This document shows, one piece after another, positions 38,690-51,429 of a stretch of DNA of 64,000 bases (within the stretch, counting starts at the first letter, position 1; the number at the start of each line of letters is the position of its first letter). Origin of the DNA: Lama guanicoe (lineage: Eukaryota); NCBI GenBank assembly GCA_013239625.1, contig MU054323.1, forward strand, positions 9,393,186-9,457,185, written 5' to 3'. The position numbers were made by a program, and so were the translations under genes. Under the pieces are notes generated by a model, which saw only the letters and a program-made list of their open reading frames with translations, was not told where the DNA came from and did not search any database.

Positions 38690-39500
38690 TTTTTTAAGAA
38701 AGTTTTCAAGCATATACAAAACCAGAGAACATAGTATAATGGACTCCAGATCGTCATCCTCCATTTTAACGCTCTGTTATACTCTATACTCTATCGATCC
38801 TCTCTTTATCCCTTTTTAAACCCACATGTGTGTGTAGCTCTGTGAAATTTTATCTGATGTAGTTTCATGTAACCATCACTACAAACATCCAGAACTGTTA
38901 CATCACCGCAAAAGAACTCCTTTGTGCTGTTTCGTATTTGTGTTATACTTAGAGATATATTTATCTATATGATTATTTATTTATTTATTTTTGGAGCACA
39001 ATTATAAATGGTATTGTGCTTTTAACATGTTCGTTGCTAGTATATAGTAGGATGTTTAATTTTTGTATGGTAATCTTGTGTTCTACAACCTTCCTGATTT
39101 TGTGTGTTAGTTCTATGAGCTTTTTATAGATTCCTTGGGATTTTCTGCATAGATGATCATGTCATCTGCAAACAAGGACAATTTTATTTTTCCTTTCTGA
39201 TCTATATATATACCTTTTATTTCATTGTCTTGCCTTATTATGTTGCTTAGGACTTCCAGTACTATGTTGAATAAGAGTGGTGAGAGCAGACATTTTTGCC
39301 TTGTTCCTGATCCTAGGTGGGAAGCATATTCAGTCTTTTACCATTAAATATGATGTTTGCTGTAGGGTTTTTATAGATGTTCTTGATCAAATTGAGGAAG
39401 TTCTCCTTTATCCTTAGTTTGCTGAGAGTTTTTATCATGAACGTCTGTTGGATTTTATCATTTTTTTTCTGAATCTATTGATATATTTATATGATTTGGC
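38690..39500 (-). mobile_element. L1 fragments: 3'-end pieces (38690-38940) and ORF2 reverse-transcriptase segment (~38960-39500)
   Basis: Reverse complement near 39150-39180 encodes [10 protein letters not shown]; near 39283-39310 SGTRQKCLL (cf. GTRQGCPLS); disrupted. Confidence 0.92.
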
Positions 39501-39744
39501 AAGTGTAGTCTATCCTGTAAGTGCTACCTTCCCCAAGTACTCATTGTAGGCCTCATATTGCCAGTGGTAAAATATGTTAATCTAAAGAAGAGGAAGATTC
39601 CAGAGAAAGCAGTTTGGCATATGAACTCACACTATTGTTAATTCTATACCTGTGAATGTTAAAAAGAATTGATCAGACACATGCTAAAGGTCTGGCCTTT
39701 GAGGTTCTTTCCTTTCTTAGCATTGTTGTGATATTTATTGAGGC

Positions 39745-40125
39745 AGGTGTACAGCAGAGAAGTTAAGAGAATGTACTTTGGAATCAGAGTTTGTGGAGGA
39801 GGGTATAGCTCAGTGGTAGAGTGCGTGTTTAGCGTGCATGAGGTCCTGGGTTCAATCCCCAGTATCTCTGTTAAAATAAATAAATAAATAAAACTAATGA
39901 CCTCCCCTCATCAAAAATTAAGAAAAAAAATAATAATGGAATCAGACTTTGTTCTGATGTAGCCTTCGTCATTTACTAGCTTGTGTGACCTTGAGCAAAC
40001 TACTTGTCTCAGTTTATTCATCCGTAAAATGGGGCTAGTAACTATCTCATATTGTTGTGAGGATTAAATGAGATTATATATATATAATGAACACATAACA
40101 GACATTAAATAAGTCCTAGCTGTTG
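39745..40125 (+). mobile_element. MIR SINE split by a younger SINE
   Basis: gttaagagaatgtactttggaatcaga ... atttactagcttgtgtgaccttgagcaaa...tccgtaaaatgggg...gttgtgaggattaaatgag. Confidence 0.85.
39795..39936 (+). mobile_element. tRNA-Ala-derived camelid SINE (vic-1-like)
   Basis: ggaggagggtatagctcagtggtagagtgcgtgtttagcgtgcatgaggtcctgggttcaatccccag; (taaa)n and A tail; TSD tggaatcaga(g/c)tttgt at 39779-39794 and 39937-39952. Confidence 0.92.
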
Positions 40126-41489
40126 TTGTTGTTGTTGCAGCATTCACAGGTTTAACAATAATTTATTAAACTCTGACATACAGAGCACTGTGCTGGGCAT
40201 TTAGGATGCAACAGAGTTGTGTTAAGTGCAGATCCAGTCTTAGAAGAATGTGCCATTTAATCAGACATCCCATATATTTGACTACAAGAATGAAAACTTC
40301 CTTGTCTTCCATCCATCCAAGACTAGTCAGGGTTTGGTCCTTATCTTCCCACTCCTTTCCTTCATACCTGTCCTCTTTCTCCCTTTCTCCTTCCTCTTTC
40401 CTTCGTTGGTTTTTGTAACAATTAAGCTGTCCAAGGTGAGCCAGTTTCTTCCCCACCCTATCCCACCTCCCCTGCGCACACACACTCTTGCCTACTCTCA
40501 TGGGAATTTCCTCTTTCCCTTTGTCCCTCATTTTACTTTTTCAGTTTTTCATAGTGCCCATACTTGTGTTTTAGGCTATCTTTCTCTTTAATCTCTTCTG
40601 TTTCCTTAGAGAACCTCAAGATGGCCCAGCAGCCTCAGGACAGCCCCTCCTTATGGTTTACTCTTCTGTTTCTGAGCCAAAAATGACCGTGATTATGACT
40701 AAGCTGAGAGACGCCTGAATCCAAAGTAATAATAATTTAAAAAATTAGTGACATTAATGTCTAAAAGCCTTGATAGTGCCCAGAATTCCTTAATAGAATC
40801 TCTACTAAATTTATTACTTCTCTCCTTATTTTCTTCTCATTAAACCTTATTTTTCTCAAATGACAGTATCAAGAAAAATTAAAAGCTTCAACTTAATTTT
40901 TGTTTTACTGCTGCATTTCAAAAGAATTCACTTCTATAATTTTTCTCAATGCAAATTTATAGTATTTTCTGCCACTTTATGAATTTAAAAAAGCTTTAAT
41001 GGATTGGCCCGAGTCTAACATCCTTTACAACATTATTTTCAAGGAAAATGCATTCCCCAAACTCCTCACAAACAAGCCAACTTTGGGAACCCAGTTTATT
41101 GGTAAATTGGGCACTCCCTGTACTAAATGTTCCAACTTGCAGAGGACTGCAATTCTTTCAGGTATTTTCAAGAACCAAACCAGCCTGTAAGTGCAGTACT
41201 TGGTTCATCCTCCTTAGAAAGAAAACCATCTAATTAGAGTTGTCATGACAACTCTGTTTTCATGTGCTGTAACCGACTCATGGGCCTGAAGTTAAGGTGA
41301 ATGGAACACGGGTACGTGTTGGTGACAGAAACCATCATCCATGATCTTAGAGTATTGGCTCCATTTCCCTCCTACCTTTTTTTCTGATGTATGTCCCTAG
41401 CAAGCATTTATTAAGCACTTCTTGTGTGGAGAGCTTATAGAAGCCCATGAAATATCTACCAGAAGGAGGAAGAAATGATATAAAACCCT

Positions 41490-41995
41490 CTCCTGGACAT
41501 AGAATAAAATCCATATACCTTCCCATCGCGTTCATAATGCGGCCCCTGCCAGCGCACTTGACCTTCTCTCCCCCTCCCCTGTGCCATCCACTTTGGCCAC
41601 ACTCATCGGCCTCTTTCTGTGCTTCCAGCACTCCCACCTTTGAGCTTTTGCACTCACTGCTCCCTCTGCCAGGAAGACTCTTTTCCTCCAGACATTTACT
41701 TGCTCGGCTCCACTTTATCATTTGGGTAGCAGTTTAAATTTATTTCCTTGGAGAAACTCTCCTTGATTGCACTGAAGTTGCCTCCCATATAAATAGTCAT
41801 GCTCTGTAACATCATGATATTTTATTTCCTTCTTTGTGTTTTCTGTTCTCTTCAATTATTTTATCATCATCTTATTATTGCATTTGATCCCTTATTAGAA
41901 CGTAAACTTTGTAAGAGCAATAACCATATTATTGTATTCCCTGCCATGTCTATTAATATTTGTCAAATGAATCTGTGAATGAGTGAGTGAGTGAA
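41490..41995 (+). mobile_element. LINE-2 3' portion
   Basis: catagaataaaatcca...ttttgcactcactgctccctctgccaggaa...taatatttgtcaaatgaatctgtgaatgagtgagtgagtgaa terminal repeat. Confidence 0.8.
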
Positions 41996-42629
41996 GAGGA
42001 GAGTGATTGTCAAGAAAGGCTCCATGGATTGGCACTTATTTAAGTATTTTGGAAAAGGTGATGGATATAGTTGGGCAGAAATAAAAGGCACTTTATGTGT
42101 GAGGAATGATCTGTGTGAATAAGTGCTGTGTGGCAGTCAAAATCATTTGTTCAATGAGAGCATTTTTGAGTGTCAGGAGGAACCGCAGTGAAGGGACCAC
42201 TTGGAGGGGAGTGTAAAGGAAGCTGGATGGTTGGAACTCAGAGTGTTGAGGATGTGGTTCAAGTTCAGCCTGAGAGATACAGGGACCGGTTCCAGATTCA
42301 AGAAAGTAAACAATGGGCCTAAAGTAGAAAAAGCAGAAAGCCTAACGTGCTTAGGCAATTCTCTATTTGAAGAAACATGTCTAAAGTTGCAGAGTCTCAG
42401 GGGAGAGGGGAGAAGGCGGGGCCAGTTAGACCAGTGACCTAGAAAGTTTAAAAAGAACTTTTAACTGCAGTTTCCTCCAGGGTAAGCTGGTTTTCGAAGT
42501 TCGTTAGAAAGTGTGACTTTTCAAACATTTGACAGTAGATACCCACTAAATGAAATTATCTTTTATTTGGGTTTGAATGTTGATTCTCTTTCTTGTAAAA
42601 GAAGCAGACAAGTATGGGAAGTATTTGAA

Positions 42630-42870
42630 CTCAATGATGATAATAATAAATAACATTTAAAAGTATATGTGAGGCACAGGAGTCTTTAATTTACTTTTCA
42701 CAATAATCCTGTGAGCTTTACTATTACCCCCATTTTACAGATGAGCAAAACTGAGGTTTAGGAAAGTTTTAAACACCTAGCCCTAAGATCAATATACTAA
42801 GTGGCCAAATTGGATTTCAAATCCTTGAGCCCATCAACTTCAGACCAAGGGCTCTTAACCTCCTCATTTT
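42630..42870 (-). mobile_element. MIR SINE
   Basis: cacaataatcctgtgag...tattacccccattttacagatgagcaaaactgaggtttag. Confidence 0.85.
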
Positions 42871-43194
42871 TTAAAAAAGTTTTTATTTCACATCATGTTA
42901 TATATCTCCATGCTTTTATTTGGGATGCTGACTTTCCTACTAAAAATAAATTACTTATGTTCAGCCCACAGATACTATTATTGTTCAGATTATTCAAGGT
43001 ACTAAATAGCATATTAACATTAACTGAAAAATCACCTAGCCAGTTATATTTTGTATTACCTTAGAGAAAATTAAACTCACTGAACTCAGATTTTCTTTCC
43101 CTAGAATTCTCTTTGTGTGTCATATAACAGTGGATCTAATATAAACATAAGAATTGAAAGGATAATTTACATGGCTTGGGAAAAAGTTTTTTAT

Positions 43195-44160
43195 GTTGGT
43201 ATTTAAAAAGAGAAAACAAGTTACAAGAATAGAATGAGGAACTGCCTTATATCTTTTACCCAGTTTCCCCAATTGTTTACATTTTCCCTGTTTGTCTTAT
43301 TATACTCGGTATTTTTATTTATATGCTATGATTAGTTTTTAACTCAGCCCTTTGAAAGTAAGTTGGGGACATGGACTTTACCCTCTACATGCTTCAGAAT
43401 GTATTTCCTAAGATCACGGGCATTGTCTTATGTAGACACAGTGCAGTCATCAAATCAGGAAATGTATCATTGACACAGTGCTATTATCTAATCCACAGTC
43501 CATATTCTAACTTTGTCAGTTGTTCCAATAATATCCCTCTTAGCTATTTTTCACCCTGGTCCTGGATCCAATCCAGGATCACATGTTGCCTTTAGTTATC
43601 ATGTCTCTTTATTTTCCTTAGTCTGGAATGGTTTCTCAGACTGTCTTTATCTTTCTTGACCTTAACAGTTTTGAAGAGTAAAGGCCAGTTATTTTGTTCC
43701 TCAGTTTGGGTTCATTTGCTACTTCCTCATGGTTAGATTCAGATAATGAATTTTGGCAGCAGTGTGCAGACACAATGTGTATTCTGAGTGCATCATACCA
43801 GATGCACGTGAAGTCATTTTGTCCCAAGATTGGTGATGTTAACTTCAATTGTTTGGTTAAGGTGATGTCCACAAGATTTCTTCACTGTAATGTTACTAAT
43901 TTTCTCTTTGTGATTAGTAAGAAATTGATGGGGACGTATATTGAGACTGTAAACATCCTCATCAGACTTTAACCCGCTAGTTTTAACATCCATTGATGAT
44001 TTTCTAACATCACCTTTCCTTCTACATTTATTAGTTGTCTTTCTACTGTACGGAAGAGCTTTCCTCATTTATTTATCCATTTATCTATCAATAAAGGACT
44101 TAATGATTCTATTTTATTCAGTGTGACATATGCCATTACTATCATTATTTATCTTATTAC
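43195..44160 (-). mobile_element. L1MC4-like 3' region
   Basis: agttacaagaatagaatgaggaact...ttgaaagtaagttgg...tgtatttcctaaga...ggatccaatccaggatcac...ggtgatgttaacttcaattgtttggttaaggtgatgtc. Confidence 0.85.
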
Positions 44161-44221
44161 ATACAGAAAGATAACTTCATCTCATCATATTTACTTTAAA
44201 GAACAGTTGTATTTTGAGTGC

Positions 44222-44825
44222 TGTATTAGATTTCTATTGCTGCTGTAATGAATTGCCACAAATTTAGTAGCTTAAAACAATACAAATGTATTGTCTTACA
44301 GCTCTGTGGATCACAAGTCCAGTACAGTTCTTACTGGGCAAAAATCAACATGCTAGCAGGCTGCATTGCTTTTTGGAGACCCTAGTGGAGAATCAATTCC
44401 CTTGCTCACTTGGGTTGTCGGAAGAATCCAGTTCCTTGCAGTCACAGAGCTGACATCCATGTCCTTGCTGGAGATCAGCAGGTGACCTTCCCCAGCTTTC
44501 AGGGGCCACCTGCATCCGTTTGTTCACAGCCTCTTCCTCCTTCTTCAAAACAACAACAGCAGATCCAGTCCCTCTCACATTTCAGATCTTTTCTGTCTCT
44601 TCTTCTGTTGTCACATCTCTCTTACCTTCTCTTCTGTTACCTGTTCTACTTTTAAGGACTCCTGTGATTAGACTGAGCCCGCTTAGATAATCCAGGATAA
44701 TTGTGTCGATGTCCTTTAACCTTCATCACATTACGAGTCTCTTTTGCCCCATGAGGTAACATGTTCACAGGTGCTGGTGCTTAGGGCTTGGGCATTGTTG
44801 GGGAGCCCTTATTCTGCCTACCGCA
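44222..44825 (-). mobile_element. MaLR solo LTR (MLT1D/E-like)
   Basis: tgtattagatttctattgctgctgtaatgaattgccacaaatttagtagcttaaaacaa...ataatccaggataat...tattctgcctaccgca; TG...CA termini. Confidence 0.9.
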
Positions 44826-45549
44826 TATGGCCATCCTTGTTCAAGCTTTGTGCTGGGAGCTTACTTCTATTTAATCAGACAAAGCATCAGGCAGAGGTTT
44901 AGAAGCAAAGAAACTGTCCAGTGAGAGATTGTTTCATGTTTAGTTAAAAGGACGACACTTGTAGTCAGGAGTGGAGCTAAGAAGAATACACAGTAATAAT
45001 AGGGCCTTGACAACAGTGCTCGAAGGGTTGGACAATCCATTGAGGAGCCAAGCAGGCAGGTAGGACTTCGTGTCCAAGTATCCCTGTTGCAAAATAAAAC
45101 TGTGATACTCCCGGCTGTGGGGGCTTCAGTGCACCCAGGGCTGCTGAGAAAAAATCATACTGGACAGTCATGGCTCAGTGTTCCTGCTTCCTGAATTTAG
45201 TACCTGCCCTTTTTACAAAACCTAGATCTCCTGCTTCTGAATAACATGCTTTCACCAGCTAGTCACTCTTTCTTAATTTTGTGCCAGCAAAGTTTATACA
45301 GTAAGAGTGCATCTTTCAGGTGTTATGGGATTTCTTGTGAAGCTTTCTTTAATAAGAAATACTCCTAGTTTTCTGGATCCAGATATCTACCTGTCTGTCT
45401 ACACTACTGCGTGTGACCAGAGTAGAATGACAGAACTGAAAGATTTGCGAGTTAGTTGGTCCCATCCTCCTTGGGCGTATAAGGAAACTGGACAACAGAA
45501 AAGCTAAGTGATTGCTAAGGCTCCACAGCCAGATGGTCTGTGGTAGGAG

Positions 45550-45785
45550 GCAGGGCAGTGGTGAAATGTGGAATTAAATGGCCTGGCTCAGTCCGGTGCC
45601 TGTGATTTACTGGATGCAGTAATTGAGTCACTTACTTAACCTACCAAGCCTTACTGTTTATCTGTGAAATATATCAACCTTACAGGGCTTTTGTAAGGAT
45701 TAAATAAACATTGTAAATGAAAGCTCTCAATACAAGGCCTGGCTCACGGAAAGTGTTCAATATGTGTTAGCTGTTATTACTGCTC
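45550..45785 (+). mobile_element. MIR SINE
   Basis: gtcacttacttaacct...tatctgtgaaat...tgtaaggattaaat...aagtgttcaatatgtgttagctgttatta; an opposite-strand MIR piece lies at ~45430-45545. Confidence 0.75.
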
Positions 45786-46237
45786 TTATAAATAGTAGTA
45801 GAATTCCGATCAATAATATGGAGTCCCAAAGACCTTGGGAATTTTAGGTTCCCATGCCCAGAACCAAACTGAAATGCTCTGCGCGCCACTCAGATGCTCC
45901 CTCTCCATTCATTCATTGGGTCCTTGCCTTTCCCACCCGTTCCACCCTCACTTGCCAAGTTCAGTACCTTCTGTTTTTTGCATTTACTTCTTTTTATACC
46001 TGGTTCCTCCCCACCTCCCCTACAAAGGTAATACATGCCAACTGTAACCTTCAGTACCAGCAAAGAACCAAGTGTACAGGGTAAAATTCCTACTTGTGTC
46101 CCACTGTAGCTCCCCCGTAGTCTGGGGGTTGCTCTGCAACATGATCTCCTCATCCTCAAGTGGAAAGTGGAATAAAAACCCCTCTCCACTTGGAGTTTCC
46201 TCAGTTAATCTAGAACTTCTGTCCTTTCACCACCACT

Positions 46238-46305
46238 GCCTCTCTCTCTCCCTCTCCCTCTCTCTCTCTTACTCTCTTTCTCTCTCTCCCCATCTCTCTC
46301 TCCCC
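46238..46305. repeat. (CT)n low-complexity tract
   Basis: cctctctctctccctctccctctctctctctt...ctctctctcccc. Confidence 0.9.
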
Positions 46306-46619
46306 ACACACAGTGAGGCCCAAGGAAGATCTCTGAGCCACCGGGCAGACCCTGTCTTCTCTGGTTCTCTCCCCTTTCTGCCTCTGTTTCCTTCCATTCC
46401 CATCCAGGGGATATGCTGTCTCCATCCTCTTCCCTATGCTGGGGCTTCCCTGACCCGGGTGGTACCCTCCTCTTCCTTACGACAGTGAGCGCCAAGTCTT
46501 CACCTCAGTGAAAAGAGGGGAAATGCTATTTACTGGGAACTGCAAAGTAGGGAGACGTACTATTTTCACGGTGTTGTCCCCGTAGGCTCAGCTGGGGTTT
46601 TGTTGTGTTGCCGCTGCTT

Positions 46620-46860
46620 TGCCACAGGCAGAGAATGATCTGTTACCTACTGTTCTGTGACTTGCTTTTCCCTTTAACAACCTCTCGTGGCCAGTTCACT
46701 AACTCGGGGCCTTTGGGTCACTGTCTTTCTAGTTGCTACGTGGTACTGCAGTGGAAGATTCCACTCTAATGTGTTCAGCTCCACAGCTGACAGATCCTTC
46801 AGTTGTTTGAAATGTGTTGTTTATGTTTATGATTTGGTCCTACCCATATGAACTTGTTAT
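46620..46860 (-). mobile_element. Old L1ME fragment
   Basis: tactgttctgtgacttgcttttccctttaacaa...tagttgctacgtggtactgcagtg, reverse L1ME 3' region. Confidence 0.5.
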
Positions 46861-49800
46861 TTATTCTCTAGGATTTGGCTTCAGTTCTCCCCCTTCTGAG
46901 GAGGCTTTAGTCTCTCCGAATATGCCCAATCCGTCTGTTGAGTCTAGAGGACAGTTGGTGTGTTTGCTGCTCAGGGAATTTGCACGGCTGCGGCTTAATA
47001 CTCTGAGGATAGGATGCAAGTGAACGTAAGGGCTTCCTTTGCTCGGAAGAGACCCTGAGCCCATGTTAGTTCCTAGTAAAATGAGAAAGTACTCAGAAAA
47101 GCGAGTTGTCTTGAGTTTGCCATAGCCTATATGAGAAGTGGTCTCCATCTGTCTGGGAAAAAGAGGTGCTGATGTGAGCCCAGCCCACTCCTGATGGGCT
47201 GGAAGCTCTGTGATGGACCACTGGGTCCTGCATGCTTTGATGCTCAGGGTTTGCCAGGTGGCCTCAGAGTTGTGGGTCCCTCTGTCCCTTTCTCCCCAAA
47301 GACTAGAAATATATGGGGTTATTATTTATGGAGAGTATTCAGGACTTCTAAAAGTTAAAGAGTGTCTTAAACTGAATCCTTACATCAAGAGGTCCATTCA
47401 GCATGTTCCTCTGTGTGAATCTGGGTGAAATTGACACCACTGATGCAATATGGACCCAATCACATCCCACAGGGTCCAGATTCAGTAGCTTTGGTTCAGC
47501 CATACCACTTTGTAAATAAGTTGTGTTGCTGTTCCCCTCTGGGCTATTAATATTGCTCTGTTAGTAAATCTTCAGTGTTTGGGTTTTTAAAAGCTTACAA
47601 AAATAGTAGTAATCAAAATTCTGAAGCAACCAAGAAAGTGAGTTGCAAAGAAATTATTAGACCAACCTCAGTTCTCTTTGACTAGCTAAATTGGCATTGT
47701 CCTGTCTACATTCACCAAAACTTGTTTCCTTCCTGATTAAACCTCTCTCCTTCTATTGCATCTTGTGCCACTGGGTCAAAGGAAGCAAACACATATGCCT
47801 TCTGGGGTTATCGCGTTCCCTGCAAACACAGATTTCCCTGAGCTGCCTGGACCGGTTCACTCCTCCCTGGCCTCCTGCTGCTGCTTCTCAGGCCTGCCCT
47901 GCAGTCTTTGTCTGGGAGTGTGTAGACCTGTGCTTACTGTTGTGGCTGTTTGAATCATCTATTTTAAAGAAGTTGATAAATTGATAAAAATAGTATTTAA
48001 ACCGATGAAAGTTTTTTTTAAGCAAAACATACAGGTTAATCAATTATGATACTCAGAAAGAGGCTTCATTTTGCACAGATGGATATTAACAGAACTGAAC
48101 TCCTGCTTCCTTCATTAGTAAGTAAACAATTTAGTTAGTAAGATAAAATGTTTTTGAAATGACAGGAATCTGCCGAATACATGTTATTTTGGTTAAAGCT
48201 GTGACTATGCTTATAACGTCCTTGATCCCTCACCTCTTCAAATCCCCTGGTGTCCTTTTTCATTGTCTTTTCCCTCAATTCCCTCTCCCCAGTGTCTCCA
48301 GAAAGCGGCTCCTCCTGCTTTCCAGGAGCACGCTGGTGGGTTCTGGAGCACGCTGCGTGGAGGGGTGGAGGTTCTACGGAGGGGAGCAGCGCCCCGATCC
48401 AGCATCGTGCCATTTCAGTAGAAGGATGACAGCTTGTACTCAGGTTTGTGGACATTTCCCAGGGCAGAAGCTGGCACCAGGGCCAAGCACCTCAGCTGCA
48501 GGGGCAGAATGTGAGCAGAGGCGGTGCTTGTAATCAAGCACCTGCCTGCCGTCCCCACTTCCCTTCATTACATACTGCCTTGAGCTGGTCGTACTCTGTC
48601 CTGATGGGCAGCCGAGGTGGTGTGGTGGGGAGGAGGGGCTGGAAGATCAGTGGGCAGCTGGAATGGCATGGGTGATTTGGCTCCTTAAAGTAGAGATGGG
48701 GCCAGACTGAATGTTGCCAAAATTGGAAGACCAACAGTTTCGCCTATTAGCTGAGAAGGTCTTTAACTCCTAAGGATAAAAGACTCTGCCTTCTGAATGT
48801 TTGATATGGCGATTCTTAAGCTGCTGCGGGGCGGTTGAAAACCTATGCTATTGGTCCATATCAGAACCAGCTACAGGATTTTTTTTTTTCAATTATACGT
48901 TTTCCCTAGAACAGGGATGGGAGAAGAGAGAACCTCTGAGGGTATCACATTACTCGGGTGCACCAGGACAGATGAAGGTGGTCAGTCACTGCCTGGTGGC
49001 GTGCCTGGTGACCACTCATATATGCTACAGGTGATGTTCAAGAACAGGCTAATTGCCAACATTAACCAAAATCGCATGTGACTGCTCCCTGTGAACCAAA
49101 CCAAAACAACAACAAAATCACTTACCTTCATGCCATGAGCAGTTTAGTTTACCAAGTTAGTCACAAAAGATAAAATCACCACATCAAAAGTGCTCAGCCT
49201 CTAGCTGATGTTTTCATTAAGGATGAGTGTTAGCCAGCTGTTAACATTAACAGTAAGATACATATCCTAAGGACATGGAGTAGCGACTTCCAAGTATTTT
49301 GGAATCGTTGACACCTCAGTGTTGTCTCTGAATGGCTTGCATGGTGGACACATGTTTTTCATTTTTTTAAGAACCACTTTAACTTTACATAAGCCCTTTT
49401 GTGATAAGTATGGACATCAGGAGCGTTCCCAAGCCAGACCCAGGAATTGCTGCCCATGAGCTGCGTGTGTCTTTTAAATGTCTGCACGCAGATGCAGTCT
49501 GAACTTTCTCCAGCGTGCTCAGATTCAGGGTGCTGTGTGCTTCAGGCAGTGGGCCTGGGTGTGATTTCCCCTCTGGTAACAGCAGAAGCACGCCTAAATA
49601 ATGCTTTCGGCCTCTGCTGACCACCCTGAGCTCTCACAAAACTTTGAAGGTTTGGCCCGCGTACCATCAAGAAGCCGACATCCCATCCTAAGTACAGGCC
49701 TAGCCTAAGGTTAACAGTAAGACCAACATTTTGTTGCTTCATTTTCCTATTAAGCTCTGGGTTGCTGATTGAAGCAGAATTCCAATGTATTGACACACCA

Positions 49801-50988
49801 CCACATTGTTAACACGATAGGGAGGATTTGATTATGGGAGAACAAGTCCAAAAACGGTAAATGGGCAAAAAAAAAAAAAAGAAGAAGAATCTGGGGCCTT
49901 GTTTCTCAAGGCAGCTTTTGTGGTTGCATTCCTTTATTTGATGTGGTTCCCTCCTTCTCCTGTGCCAAACGGTGCAATGTGGAAAAATGATGAAGTTGCA
50001 AAAAAGGGCAGGGGAGGGGGGAGATAGGGAGTGAACAAGAGAAAGAAAACAGAGCTTATGGATCAAAGACAGAAATACCTGCCTCTCCAAGCAGGAAGAA
50101 GAAAGAAGCACGGGGAGTCCTTTCCCTACCCCTGGGTAAAGACTGAGCCGCTGTCAGCTGGCGCCTTTCAGAGACGACCCAGGCCAAGTGCAGGAGGCAG
50201 GGAGGCAGGGAGGCAGGGAGGCAATGAGCTGCCCTTAGAGGCACCTTCAGAAAGTCAAGGCTGGGCACTGCAGGTTACCAGGAACAGAGGTTTAACCTGG
50301 GAGGGCCCCGGGGGAGAGGCCTGGAGAACAAAGGCGGCCTCCATCATCAGATCCTGGGAACCAGCACATTTTAACACCTGCCAACCTGGAGCTGAGTCAG
50401 AGGACAGCATTGGAATCTAAATGAGGAAAAAGTTTTCTTATGCAGGAGCAGGATTTTATTTATTTACAATTTTCAGGCTGGGCAGCTCTTCTGTTGTGTG
50501 GTTTGTGACTACCCAAAGTGACATTTTCTGAGTTTTAAAATTATCTCTTTTTGCACCGTGAAAAGAGCATATATGATTCATCTTAATATTTCTGAGGATC
50601 AGTCACCAGTGAACAGCTAGTATTTTGGGTGGGAGGAAGGCTTTTGTAGGCAGCTTTTTCACCTAGCATAGAAGTAAAAGCACCAGAATATGCCTCAAGC
50701 GTCATTCGAAATCATATAAATAGCTCTCTCTTGCACAGTTCTAATCCAATATCATTATGAGAACTCCCACAGTCCACGAGTTGCCTAATGTTCACCTCAT
50801 CGTTGCCTGAAAAAGGCTAATGCTTGTGGTTTACCTGTTGATTGAATATAGTTTCTAAGAGATTTGACCAAAGAACTTGTTTTTCGTGTTGACTAATCTA
50901 ATCTAGATCTTTTACCCATATTCCTTCCTAAATATTCTTTCTACCTTCAGCATCCATAGACTTGTCAAGGGATCCAATAATCCTAGAT

Positions 50989-51324
50989 CAAGAGTCAGCA
51001 AACTGCTGCCCACTGGCTAGATCTGGCCTGCAGCCTGCTTTGTATGGCCCGAGAGCTAAGAATGCTGCCAACATGTTTTAAATGGTTAGAAAAATATTTA
51101 AAGAATAATATTTTGTGACTTGTAAAAGTTCTCAGAAATTCACATTCCAGGGTCCATAAATAAAATGTTATTGGAGCAGAGCAGTGCACACTCGTTTACA
51201 TACTGTCTGTGTCTGCTCTCCTGCTGCTGCGTTAGAGTCAAGTTGTTGCGACAGAAACTTTACGGCTGCAAAGTGAGCAATATTTACTACCTGGCCCATT
51301 ACTGTAAAAGTTTGTCAACCCCTG
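50989..51324. mobile_element. MER58B (hAT-Charlie MITE), apparently full length
   Basis: Termini caagagtcagcaaact ... agtttgtcaacccctg; internal gagctaagaatg and tatttactacctggccc; degenerate 8-bp TSD tcctagat / tcctggac. Confidence 0.9.
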
Positions 51325-51429
51325 TCCTGGACCAATGAAACCTTCCTTTTCACAATGACTGTTTCAGAAAAGAAACATACCTTTACTGACTTTTAATGTC
51401 CATTTTGGAAATTTGACTCCCATATCTTT

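Noticed and set aside
4620..50400. Scattered AP-1 TGASTCA sites (e.g. ~4624, 24851, 33224, 33348, 50393)
   Set aside because: The number seen is about what chance predicts for 64 kb.
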